Assembly (NCBI GenBank): GCA_964016885.1
Contig: OZ024740.1
Location: 355,384,001-355,448,000, forward strand
Direction: 5' to 3'
Origin: Eledone cirrhosa
Taxonomy: Eukaryota
Length of the DNA: 64,000 nucleotides
This document shows positions 52,424-64,000 of this stretch, in pieces. How positions within the stretch are numbered: the first letter of the stretch is position 1; every line of letters begins with the position of its first letter. A program made the translations under genes and the position numbers. Under the pieces are notes generated by a model. That model ran no database searches and was not told the origin of the DNA. It saw only the letters and a list, made by a program, of their open reading frames with translations.

Positions 52424-54438
52424 ATGACCTACTTCTTCCCTAAAGTAATCCTTCATTCATAATACTCTTTTCCATCCAAAACTGAAATCTACCTTCTTCT
52501 ACCCATAATTTAAGATTCTCCTAATATCACTATCTTGACCCTCACTATCTCCTGATTGGTCAATTCAAAACCTGTTCCCAAACAGACCTATTGTATTGAA
52601 TCTTTGTTCTTATCAATAAACAAGTTTCATTATTTCTGAAGACAGCATATATATGTGAAGGCATGTATATTCCCTCTGATAGTTTGTATAAATATTGTAC
52701 ATAGATCTATAGAATATGCATACCAACTCTAACAAATATATATCCTAGAAACGATCGTAAAATAATGAATTTTTCTAATATAAGGAACTGTTTCTTTGTT
52801 TATTCATTATTTTTTTTATATTTTATATATATATATATACATACTGTAAAGTGGTCGTGTAGGTGTCATGACAAAAACTACCACTACTCACTGTAAATGT
52901 GGTTTGCATTAGAAAGGGCATCCAGCCATAGAAACCAAGCCAAAATTGGTTCTGTATGAGCCAGACATGGTCATCTGACCTCAACTTGCCTCAAATAGGA
53001 CAACGCATCTAACCCATGTTAGTATGGAAAATGGACGTTAAACGATGATGATGATGATGATGATAAATTTACAAAAATGATTTAAAACTCTGTAAATTGT
53101 TATATTTGTAACTTTATAGTGGAACTACCACAAGATTTACCAAAGGAAATAATTCAACCATTGAGTAAAATACTACTGTAAGCAGCTCCAGTTTCTTGTT
53201 AGAATACTACAATAATCCTCTGTATATATATATATATATATATATTTATTAAAATAACAGATTAAAGTTTAAGCAAAGAATCGTTGCTTTCACCCTTAAC
53301 GGGATCTCCTGAAACTAAAAAAATAAATCTGTGAACGCAGAAGTAAATATTTCGAAAAACGTTGCAACCGAAGGAAAACAGGAAGACGATACTTTGGTTT
53401 GTGAAGACGTTCCCTGGCAATGAACAGAAAAAGCGAAGATAATGCGTCGTTATGTGGAACGATGAGAACAATTACACGCAAAGACAAAACCACATTTATG
53501 GTATAAATGAAGTCGTAGACTAATATTCTATTTAGGAAACCGAATGATTCTTGGCTACAGAGTTAAGAATAATGTAAATAAATTAGTAGAACGAAAATGA
53601 CAGAGGTTATTAAAATCAATAATAATTAAATATATAAAAATGTGCAGGGGTTTAGAAATATAAATTTTTCATTATTAAGTTGGTATTTGGAACATAACTT
53701 AACAACGGTTCTTACATAAAATTATAATGGAAAGTTTAATTGTAAATAGGAACACTTTAAAATAAAAAAATGTTTCAGGTGGGTTGGTTTTGAAAGGACC
53801 AAGGTCAAAATTGTTGAAAAGTAATTATGAGGTACCTGTTAACGAAAGGCAATCAGAGTCATAGCATATCCTGATCCCACTTAAGTAGCAGCTTCACACT
53901 GTGTTCATTTATACTTGTTTTGTGTAAAAGGAATTTAACATGTCTTAATATATTGTGTGTGTTTGCCTCACCCACTCATCTATTATATACATATGTACAT
54001 CCCACACATCTAACCATTCTTATAACATTTTGTATTGTATATATGGGTTCTTGTGTTCAATTAAGAAAGGATTATGATGATTATTGTGGTTGTAATTTGC
54101 TGTGAACAGTTACATTTTACAGAGTTCCGTGTAGATATTTTCTTTAAATTATTTCACATTTTCGACATTTGCAATGTTTATACATTGCAAGATGTCTGCC
54201 TCTAAAGTGGCAAAGAAATGTGCTAGCCAAAGGGGTTGTAACACTAAATAAATAAATACGCCCTCAAATTGTTAATTAAACATGCAGATCAGATGGAGCT
54301 TCACATTCAGGCACTTACACATGTACAGTAAAATACAACTGGAATGAACAATATTTGAAGCATCAGTTTAAGTGAAAAACAAACCCAAAAAGGAACAACA
54401 ACAAAAAAACAGTAGCATCACCAACAACACCAACATTC

Positions 54439-54639
54439 TATGAGGGCTGGCTGAAAAGTTCAAGGCTGACCAAGATACTCTCATGGAATGACCAAATGAG
54501 GTTTATTTTTCAGCATAGTCCCTAGAAAGAAACAATGCAGTTATTATTAAGAATAGCTGGAATTAATGCATGCTAAATTTCACAGCCCTAGCATCACTTC
54601 TTCATAGTCAGCCTGTGAACTTCTCAGCCAACCTTCATA
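54439..54639. mobile_element. Mariner-like MITE
   Basis: Terminal inverted repeats tatgagggctggctgaaaagttca(a)ggctgac / gtcagcctgtgaacttctcagccaaccttcata with TA ends. Confidence 0.75.
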
Positions 54640-56832
54640 TAATATTTTGTTAATGTTGCGTGGGAGAATGAAAACTACTCAATTTGAATGACATAAAGGA
54701 AATTCAGAAGGGGTGGGCAAGTTATGTCCTAAAAAATAATGCTTCCTTAGCTGATGAATATATCCATGAAAGGGTAAGGAGGAAAGTGGTGTCGCTCTGG
54801 TTCTCAAATAACAGAAGGAGCTTCTATATGAACTTAAAAGGTCTTAGTGAAGGAACTTGGTAATGTGTAGTAGGATTTGTATTCTATCAACCAGATAAAG
54901 GAATATGAAAGCATGTATTTTTTAAGACTAACAACAAGGTAAGGAGATAAGTAGAGCTGGTGTGTCACACTCATACCCAACCTTCTGCAGGCTAGTGTCA
55001 CAATACATATAACATTGGTGAGTCTTGGCACAGATGTCAACCTTTGGCTTGTAGTCACTTTTCTGCAACACTATGGGCACAAGGTGATTGTAGAGGTGAC
55101 CTACAACAACATGAGGTTAGGTGATCCCTACTTGACCACATATTGATGAAAGTCACTGTTGATTACAAAGCCATCCCAGAGTTGTGAGCTATTCAAAAAG
55201 AAGAGAAAAGGGTCATTGAAACTGGTGGCACAGGTTAGAAGAACCAGTTGCTCAATATATGATAATATGGGACATTTAAAGAACTTCTTCCCAGAAGAAG
55301 AAAGATAGGGGGAAAAGACTGTGGTGGAGGACAGCATATGCAACAGTAATAACAGCAGCAGGCTCTAAGGGTGAAGAAAATTTTGACTGCTGCTGCCTAT
55401 GTTTCCAAAGCACCACCAATAGCAGTGGAAATAATTGAAATAATCTTGTAATTGGTACCACCAGGAGATGGTGATGATTGTGAAACAAAGATGTTTCCTT
55501 TCCAGTACAGATTATGATCAGCATGGCATTCCACCCTCTTATGACAACATGAAGGAAATGGAAATTGTGAAGGGGCAGAAAACTACCAAGAAAATAAGAA
55601 TGGGCCTAAATGAAAAGCAAATAAGACAATGGAAGTTCCTTGTAAAAAATTACCTACTCAAAAAGAAGTGCTTCAACATTCTGTCAGTCCAAAAGAATAC
55701 TGACTTGCTCCATGTTTTTATTGTTCCTGGTGTAAATAATATGCTGATTGAGAAGTGATGATATGTGTTCCACGATCCTCTAGATGATACAATGTTGATA
55801 ACTATATTAGGTGTCTATCAACAACTGGGGAGGGATGACACCCTAGAAGATGTAAAGCCCTTCACAATATGTCTGCTTCCACATAAGTAACTGGAAAGAA
55901 TTTGGGCCTCTCTTCTTGGATTATTCCACATCAAATCACTCAGTTGCAGAAACATTTCCCAGGTCACCCCCTCAGATACCCCTAAAAAAATTAATTTCAG
56001 CTACTATACCTATATAATGGAAAAATATCAAGTATTAGGTCAATATCTTTGATAGTTTTGAAATTGTAGGCCTTTAAAATATTAATTAATTATACATTTT
56101 TTTTCCGAACGAGCCTCTCAGACCAACTTGAGACAGTCATTTCTCCTCTAATAAGGTAAACACAGCATTGAAATCATGTGTTTGAGGCTAACTTTTTCTG
56201 TATTGTTCAAATATCTTATCAAATGAAGTGTATCTTGTATATTTTTCTATCTATCTTGTATATTTTTCTATCTCTGAAAATTGCCAAGAGTTAAACGTAC
56301 AGCAAATGTATGCCTCTTATAGGCATTTTCATCTCAATAGGTACACTACATAAAGCAACCACAATTGTTTTCCTGTTACTTAGCATATAGTAGACCATTT
56401 CTGAGCAGTAACCATGTTAGTTACTATTATGGGAGTGTCATAATAATTTTTTGAAATATGTGCGATTTCAAAATTTCTCAAAAAATGCCCATTTTGATGC
56501 CCTTAGTTGACCATATGGGCAGTTCACTATCATTTTTACCATGCATTTCTATACTTCCGTAGATGATATGGCAGAAATCTGGTTTTGTTGCTGAGCTTCT
56601 TTTCAGAGTTATGAATTTTTAATGCATCATATTAAAAGTTGAGGTACTCGTCCTGCCATGATGGAGTCCAGTTCTATACCTCAGTGTAATCTTGGAAGTA
56701 AATTGGAGATGAATGTCACAAAATCACTTATTCAAGAAAACAGGGATTTTTGAAATGCAGTTCTTTATCTGACAATGAAAAGGTTTTAATTCACTGGAGA
56801 TCTGGAGTTTTACTGCATGAAGATGACAATGT

Positions 56833-57588
56833 TTGCTTTCAAACATTTTGCTAACCTCTGCAGCCATTATGATGGTCTGTCTGCTGAATGGCATTTTTTT
56901 TACTACTAGCCACAGAAAGAGTCAGTGTAATGGTGTGTGTGTGTGGGGGGGGGGGACTATTAAGAGACTGGTAGCCAGAACAAGCCATCAGGCTACTGTT
57001 AATGACCAAATTTTAATACCACATGATATGTACAGCTGGGCAAGAGATAACATTCATGGGATTGAATTTTTCTTTGTTTCAAAAGATCCAGTAAAAGAAA
57101 ATGCTGTCAAATTCAAATTGGCTGAACAGTTTGATGCTTGCAAAACAATAGCTGGAGTTAGGTCGCATCACAATTTCATTCCATGTCCAGGAAATAAGCT
57201 TCCGATGAGAAGAATATCCCTAAATGATATGTACACTGTTGTGAATGTAAGAGATGATATGGAGGACCAGGCTAGTATAAACTGGGATGACTATCAACCA
57301 GGCAAGTATGTAGCCTGTGTGTACGATTCCAACTGGTATGTGAGAAATCTTATTGAACGCTCATTTGAACATTCTGATGATCGTATTTCCTTTATGAAAG
57401 GATCGAAGAACAATGTACTTTCTTGGCTGGCAGCATCCACTGAGGATGAATGTTGGGTTCCTTTACAACATGTCATGTGTGTAATCAGTGCACCAATTGT
57501 TCAAGGTAGAAGTGCCCACACCTACACTATTAGTTCAAGTGACCTGAACAAAATTCTTACTCTATTCCCACAATTTGTGCAGAATTAA
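56833..57588 (+). pseudogene. DNA transposon (Sola2-like) transposase C-terminal relic
   Basis: FANLCSH...AEWHF, then a frameshift in a T run, then FFTTSHRKSQCNG..GGTIKRLV, RSHHNFIP and YVACVYDSNWY. Resembles the HGKxxCDGxGGTxK transposase family; the superfamily call is from memory. Confidence 0.65.
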
Positions 57589-59269
57589 TATGATTCACGT
57601 TTGTGTTTGACCTAAATATGTTTTATAATTATTTAATACAAGTTATTGAGTTGGGCACTGAAAGTTTTTAATATTTACTTTTGTTGTATTTAAATCATTC
57701 TGTGGCATGCTATCTTGTCACTTTGGTACTATGTACTAATTCCAGTGTGACTGTATAAAGTGTATTAGTTACTTGTCTGCAGCTGTATGTAAAAAGGGCT
57801 CATGGATATGCCTTGTTTGTCATCAATGAATCAATAGGTAATGTATTGAATAATTCAATGAAGGGCAATATAGCATTCTATCCCTGATTAAAATAAATTT
57901 ATGTTGAATTATTGTGGATTCTAGCTGTTTACCATTTGTGTCTTATGTGTGGCTCTGTACACGATCATGTAAAACGTGGTTATGGATATACATGTAGTAG
58001 TTTGCTATTTGTTGAATCAACAAATACCCATTAATTTAACCCTTTAATGTTCAAACCGGCCAGAATTCTCTACCTCTTTCTGTTGCAAGGAGAGACTATT
58101 TAGTTTCACATAGATCATCTTAGCAGCTTTCTTGTTTAAGAACCAAACCATATCCAATATCTCCGTTTGAACAACTGAGGCAAAACTGGTTCCATTAATG
58201 TTATTGCTATTTTCAACATTTTTCACACTTTACTGAGCAACTTATTTCTCTGCATGTGATTGTTGTTGATATTTTTTATGCTATCATTAAACCTATCATT
58301 TAACATATAAGTAAAATTGTTCAAAACAATTCTCTTCTCTCTCAAAATGTTATTATTGTTTACTTCACATTGAAGGCATGTACTGTGCTGTGCAATTAGG
58401 CTTTATTTTCTGTCCTTTTCTTTATATGATTGCATTAATTTAATTTTTAAAAAAAAATTTTCTGTTGTTCTGTTTTTGCTATTGTCAAACATATTATTAA
58501 AACTTTTCAAAACAATTCTGTTCTTTAACAAAAGGTCATTATTTTTCTTTGTGTTGAAAATGTTGACTGTTTTGTGCCATTAATTATTCTTCTATTTTCT
58601 ATTTGTTTTATCTTTTGAAATAATGTCTTTTATACATGATTTTTGTGCATTTATTTTGTCTTGTGGCCATTTTGATGTGAAAATGTAACCAAAAATAAAA
58701 TATCTGCAGAGACATATTGAGTCAGACATGTACATGCCAGCTAAGCTTTTTATTTACAAATTCTAAGAAAAAAAATTAATTTAGTAATCCATGATGAAAA
58801 ATCAAATTGGAGTACATAAAAACATGTCTACTCCTTGCCATAGGCTTAAATAATAATAATTGTTTCTACTTTAGGCATAAGGCCAGCAATTACCCAGTAC
58901 ATTACTGGTACTTTATTTTATCGACCCCCGTAAGGATGAAAGGCAAAGTTAACCTCGGCGAGATTTGAACTCAGACTGTAAAGGAACGTAACTATGCTAG
59001 AACGCATGGCGTCAACCCTCTACCGATACTGCAAATTTGCCACCCTTAAATAATAATAATGGTTTTTGATTTAGGTGTAAGGTCAACAATTTGGGGAAAT
59101 GGGAAAGTTGATTAAATTGATCCCAGTGCATTACTGGTACTTTATTTTATCGACCCTGTAAGGATGAAAGGCAAATCTAATCAAGATTTGAACTCAGAAT
59201 GTAACCAAACGGTGAAAGAATTGAGTCACTATAAATTGATATAAATATAATATCAATAAAGTCAATATA

Positions 59270-61320
59270 AATATCTAGGTACTACAAAGCCATAAAGTAA
59301 ACAGCAATAAAATAAAAGAAATTGTTAGAAAAGACTACTTTCGAAGATTGTGGACGATTCTCAAGTCCAGGTTGAATGGTGGAAATACTGTGGAGGAAAT
59401 AAACACCAGAGCTGTTTCATTAATTAGGTATGGCTCAAGTAAAGTAGAATGGACAAAAGTAGAGTTGAAGGAAATTGATCGGAAAACAAAAACAATGCTC
59501 ACTATCTGTTGAAGTATGTACCCACAAAGTGATATTGGAATAGAAAGGAGGGAGGTAGAGGATTGCTGAGGTTACAGGATGATGTTAAAATAGAAGAAAG
59601 TGGTATGGGGCTTCCACATAAAAAATAAGGAAGAAAAGCTTCTATTAGAGGTTGTCAGGGAAGTGGTCATCATATTTGAGAAAAATGGAGGCTCAGAAAA
59701 CACAGAGACTGAAATTGTAGAAGAGCATAAAAAAGTTCCTACTTTCAGCATTCCTTACAGAAACAAGAAATGTGTGATAACAAAAATATTTGGTTTTGAT
59801 TACAGAAAGGCTACATTAAAAAAGTAACAAGAGGATTTATATTAGCAGCACAAGATCAAGCCATAAGAACAAGGTGGGTAATAAAAAACATAGACAAGAA
59901 AGATGTTCAAGCTGAATATTGGTACCAATACTTGAGTAATCCTGGTAATAAACAACAGTTTTAATATTCTGAACTGGACATTAAAAAAACTAGCAGGAAT
60001 AGACTGAAAAACAAGAAAAATAATGTCTGCATTTAGAATACACCATCCAAAATCAGATGTAGAAAGATTATACCTACTAAGAACACAAGGAGGAAGGGGC
60101 CTTGTGCACCTGGGAATCTATTATAAAATAACCACTGTGGGACTACAAAGATATCTAATGAAGAATAAAGGAAAGTTAATACAAAAAACCACAAAACATG
60201 AACAAAACAAAAAAATTGTTTTCTGTCTTCTAGGAAGTCAGCAAAATGAAAACCATAAGCTGGATTGAGAGATAATTGTGAGAAAAATATAAACAAAGAA
60301 GAAACAGCAAAAGGAATTGTGAAAAACATGAAATCTAAATTGAAAGCAGACCTCCAGATTGCCATGCTAAAACAATGGCAAGAAAAATCCTCACATGGCC
60401 AATACCTGAAAAAACTGATCAGAGAGGAAGTAAACAAGCCAAATACACAAAACTGGCTACAAAGTGGTGGACTAAAAATCAAAACTGAAGGATTTCTAAT
60501 TGCAGCTCAAGATCAAAGCCTCCCCACCAGAAACCACAAGAAGTACATAATGAAGCAGAACACAATAACTATAGAATATGTGGAGGTGTGGAAGAAACAA
60601 TTAAATGATTAATCACATTATCTCTGGTTGCTCAGTCTCAGCCAAAAAAAAAAAATAAAAAAAAGAATATTTCCACAGATATGATAGAGTCTGAATTTAC
60701 ATATACTGGAAGTTGTGCCAACACTACGAAATACCAACAGAAAAAAGATGGTACAAATACTGGAAGTTGTGCCAACACTATGGAATACCAACAGAAAAAA
60801 GATGGTAGAGACACATACAAGAAAAGGTGTCAGAAAGAAAAAGCAACCATACTCTGGGATATGCCAATACACTCAGACAGAGAGATGAAAGCCAATCGAT
60901 CAGATATCATAATCAAAGACCACAAAGAAAAAAAATGTCTCCTAATTGATGTACGAATCCCCATAGATGACAATATATCTACCAAGGAAATAGAGAAATC
61001 ATCCAAATATAAAGATCTGGTGATAGAAATAAGCTGAATGTGGATGATGAAAATAGAAATGATACTTATAATAATAGGTGCCCTGGAAATGATAAAAAAC
61101 ACACACAGACAAATACATAACCAAGACCCTAGGACTTACAAATACATACAGCATACAAAAGATAGCACTACTAGGCACTGCACACATATTACGAAAAGTA
61201 CTATCAATACAATAGAAACAATATCAGCAAAAACTACACTGCTCATACCCAAAGCGCACAGGTAAAGCAATAATGATGTGCAATAAAAATAATCATGGAA
61301 ATAATGATAATAATAATGAT
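59270..61320 (+). mobile_element. Degraded R4/Dong-clade LINE (RT C-terminus plus restriction-like endonuclease), probably two fragments
   Basis: HHPKSDVERLYLLRTQGGRGL, TEGFLIAAQDQSL and ILWDMPIHSD...NRSDIII...LIDV..P...EKSSKYKDL. TAA-rich tail; internal ~42-bp duplication at 60704-60806. Confidence 0.85.
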
Positions 61321-62190
61321 TTCATTTATTAGCCACAAGGGCCGACATGTAGGGGACAATACAAAGACAGGGACAGTGGGGGTTTACAATAAGGTCGAAT
61401 AAAAGTGCACAATGGCAAGACTAATTTAACAATGAAGATATAAAAAATCTGAAATAAACTATGCATAAATATAACAAAATAAATTCTCCGATAGGGGGTG
61501 GACGACCCTGTGGTGACTCAGGTACCCCACCAATCTTGAACCACCCTGCGCTTCTAGGGCACCCAGGGAGAGCACCCTTCTCCTCAAGTTAGATAGCCTA
61601 TAGGCGCATGGTCAGAGTAGGCCCATTCACACGGGCCATTCTCGCCACATTCATCCACCTTAATAATAATTGTTTCTACTTTTGGCACAAGGCCAGCAAT
61701 TACCCAGTACATTACTGGTACTTTATTTTATCGACCCCGTAAGGATGAAAGGCAAAGTTAACCTAATAACAATGCACCACCACCAACAACATCAACAGCA
61801 TCAGTAGCAAGAAGAAGAAGAAGAAGAAGAAGAAGAAGAAGACTGAATAATAACATTAATCTTCCTGATCATTATCCCACACAATTTGAACATGAAGAAA
61901 AGAATAACAAAGCAGTACTGTTAATGTTTTGCTTATGAAACAATATCTTTTGAGATAGAGAATTCAAGGCTACATTATAAAGAACTGCATATGAGTATTT
62001 ATGCCTGCAGGCTATAATCTATTTGTTTTTAACAATCAACAAAGCTGAAATATTATAGCAATCTGAATGAAGTATTTTAAAAGCAAGCTGTCTTCAAGGT
62101 TTGTAAAATTGCTATTGTTGCCCACATCCTTGGATTTTTTCCTCTTGAAAGAATTTGATTTCATACATATATATATTTTCCTGGACCTTT

Positions 62191-62309
62191 AAACAATTTT
62201 CGCAATTTGTCCACAGGATACATTTCGTATGGGTTATGCTTTAAGCAATATGAAATCAAATTCTTTAACCCATACAAAATGTATCCTGTGGACAAATTGC
62301 GAAAATTGT

Positions 62310-62311
<2 letters not shown>
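62191..62311. repeat. 46-bp-arm hairpin next to (TA)n
   Basis: aaacaattttcgcaatttgtccacaggatacatttcgtatgggtta / taacccatacaaaatgtatcctgtggacaaattgcgaaaattgttt, one mismatch. Confidence 0.85.
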
Positions 62312-62360
<49 letters not shown>

Positions 62361-62389
62361 TAGAGAGAGGGAGAGAGAGAGAGACACAC

Positions 62390-62566
<177 letters not shown>

Positions 62567-62584
62567 TATATATATATATATATG

Positions 62585-62850
62585 TAGAAGTTCTATTTAA
62601 ATTGTTGGGATACAACAAGCAAATATTTTTATAACTGATATAAAGCACTCAACAAATTATTGGAGTAAAAATACGATATATTAACAAATGGAAACTATAT
62701 TTATAAAACCATATTTATTTCATTATACATATTTCAAGAACACCAAGTTAAATTATGGTGTGCTTTCATCAGATAAAATATAATATAGATCAGTTTTATA
62801 AATAAATATTGACTTACCCTTAAAGAATGCGACCATTTCTGTTGGAAGCT
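62585..62850 (-). mobile_element. Penelope-like pLTR related to 20940-21255
   Basis: Shares agcactcaac...aaatggaaact..atttataaaaccatatttatt with 21005-21090; starts at (TA)n. Confidence 0.75.
62718..62778 (-). ncRNA. Hammerhead ribozyme
   Basis: uuuuau CUGAUGA aagcacacca uaauuuaacu ugguguucuu GAAA uaugua UA augaaa. Stem II differs in sequence from the 21102 copy but still pairs. Confidence 0.8.
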
Positions 62851-63900
62851 CCCGGATAATGGGGTTATAAATTTATTTATTCTATTATGCAAATTAGTGT
62901 CGGATATGTTTAAATCACAGTAGATTTAAAATAAGCCGTTGGGGTATGGAGAAAGGGAAAGAAAAGAAAGAGAAAAAAAGAGAAAAAAGAGCAAACTTTA
63001 AGAGGAAAATAAGAAAACAAGAGAAAGAGAAAGAGAAAGAGAAAGCTCTAAGTGATAGGTTGTTGTATTAGCGTAACTTTTAAGATGAAGTGAAAAAATA
63101 AATATTTATTGGATGAGTAAATAAGCGTGAATAGAAAATAAATAAATAATAATAACTGGAGATTTTTACCAGTGTTTAAATATGATTAAATGTTTAGTTT
63201 ATCAATTAAATTATCAATTAAATTATTGAGATCTATACATTAAAATTGAGATCTATATATTATTAAAACTATATATTATTAAAAGAATATATTCATATAT
63301 ATACATACGCACACATACCTATATATACATATAAATATATATATATATATATACACATACATACATACAATAAAGGACTTTTTATGTTTAAGATATAGGA
63401 ATTTTTCTAAACTTATAGATTTTTCGGAGAAAACGGAGAAAAAACTGGAGAAAATCATTTCTAAACAGTGTGAAGGAAATTAGGTTATTTACTTATATTA
63501 AATGTTATAAATGTTAAGATAATAAGGTAAATTTAAAATTATACAAACCTTATATTATTATACAAACCTTATATTATTTAATAGATTTTATAAATTTTAT
63601 ATCTAATAAATCCACCTGTTATGTAGTTGTGACTGTTATTATATAAGTTTGTTTATCATAAACCGTAAGAAATCCCTTATAACCGAGTGCATTCGAATTG
63701 TATGCATATATACATATACACAACCCCCACATACCGGTAGACATGCATCATATATATATATATATATATATAGATTACATGAAACAAAGTTCTGTTTAAA
63801 TCATTTATCAGCTTACAATTGTTTCTTCCAATTTAGGGTATAATATATATATAACTATAAAAAGTTTTAGTATATACATAACCATAAATAGTATCCTTAA

Positions 63901-64000
<100 letters not shown>

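Noticed and set aside
54745-54780. CTGATGA...GAAA hammerhead-like spacing
   Set aside because: Stem II has only 2 bp and there is no stem III; probably chance.
54690-55870. Stop-riddled coding-like region, possibly a LINE ORF1 relic
   Set aside because: No motif strong enough to classify by eye.
61400-61660. Possible Tx1/L1-like 3' end on the minus strand (RWMNVARMARVNGPTLTMRL-stop)
   Set aside because: Too short to support a call.

Overview
AT-rich, repeat-dense eukaryotic genomic DNA. The SINE/LINE content and (TA)n/(TACA)n richness suggest a cephalopod (octopus-like); this is an inference. Two spliced protein-coding genes can be assembled by hand. (1) A plus-strand Cys-loop ligand-gated ion channel subunit of the GlyR/GABA-A/GluCl branch, with five exons (7235-7452, 8558-8640, 11728-11865, 15831-16195, 19817-20032). 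It has an intact reading frame but unusually divergent ligand-binding, gating and pore residues, and its 5' exons were not found in the window. (2) A complete minus-strand UQCRQ/QCR8 gene (82 aa; 37193-37346 plus 28663-28757) whose 8.4 kb intron holds an RTE LINE fused to a ~73 x 53-bp minisatellite. The remainder is RTE, CR1 and R4/Dong LINEs, tRNA-derived SINEs, a Sola-like transposase relic, a mariner-like MITE and a 5S pseudogene with an internal inversion. The most striking hidden signal is a set of about ten minimal type-I hammerhead ribozyme motifs (CUGAUGA...GAAA...UH) from several sequence families. One pair sits on a Penelope-like GIY-YIG element. Most others sit in short non-coding, terminally redundant or inverted units inserted at (TA)n tracts, which is a retrozyme-like architecture. 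All alignments were made by eye; no searches were run, and repeat boundaries are approximate.
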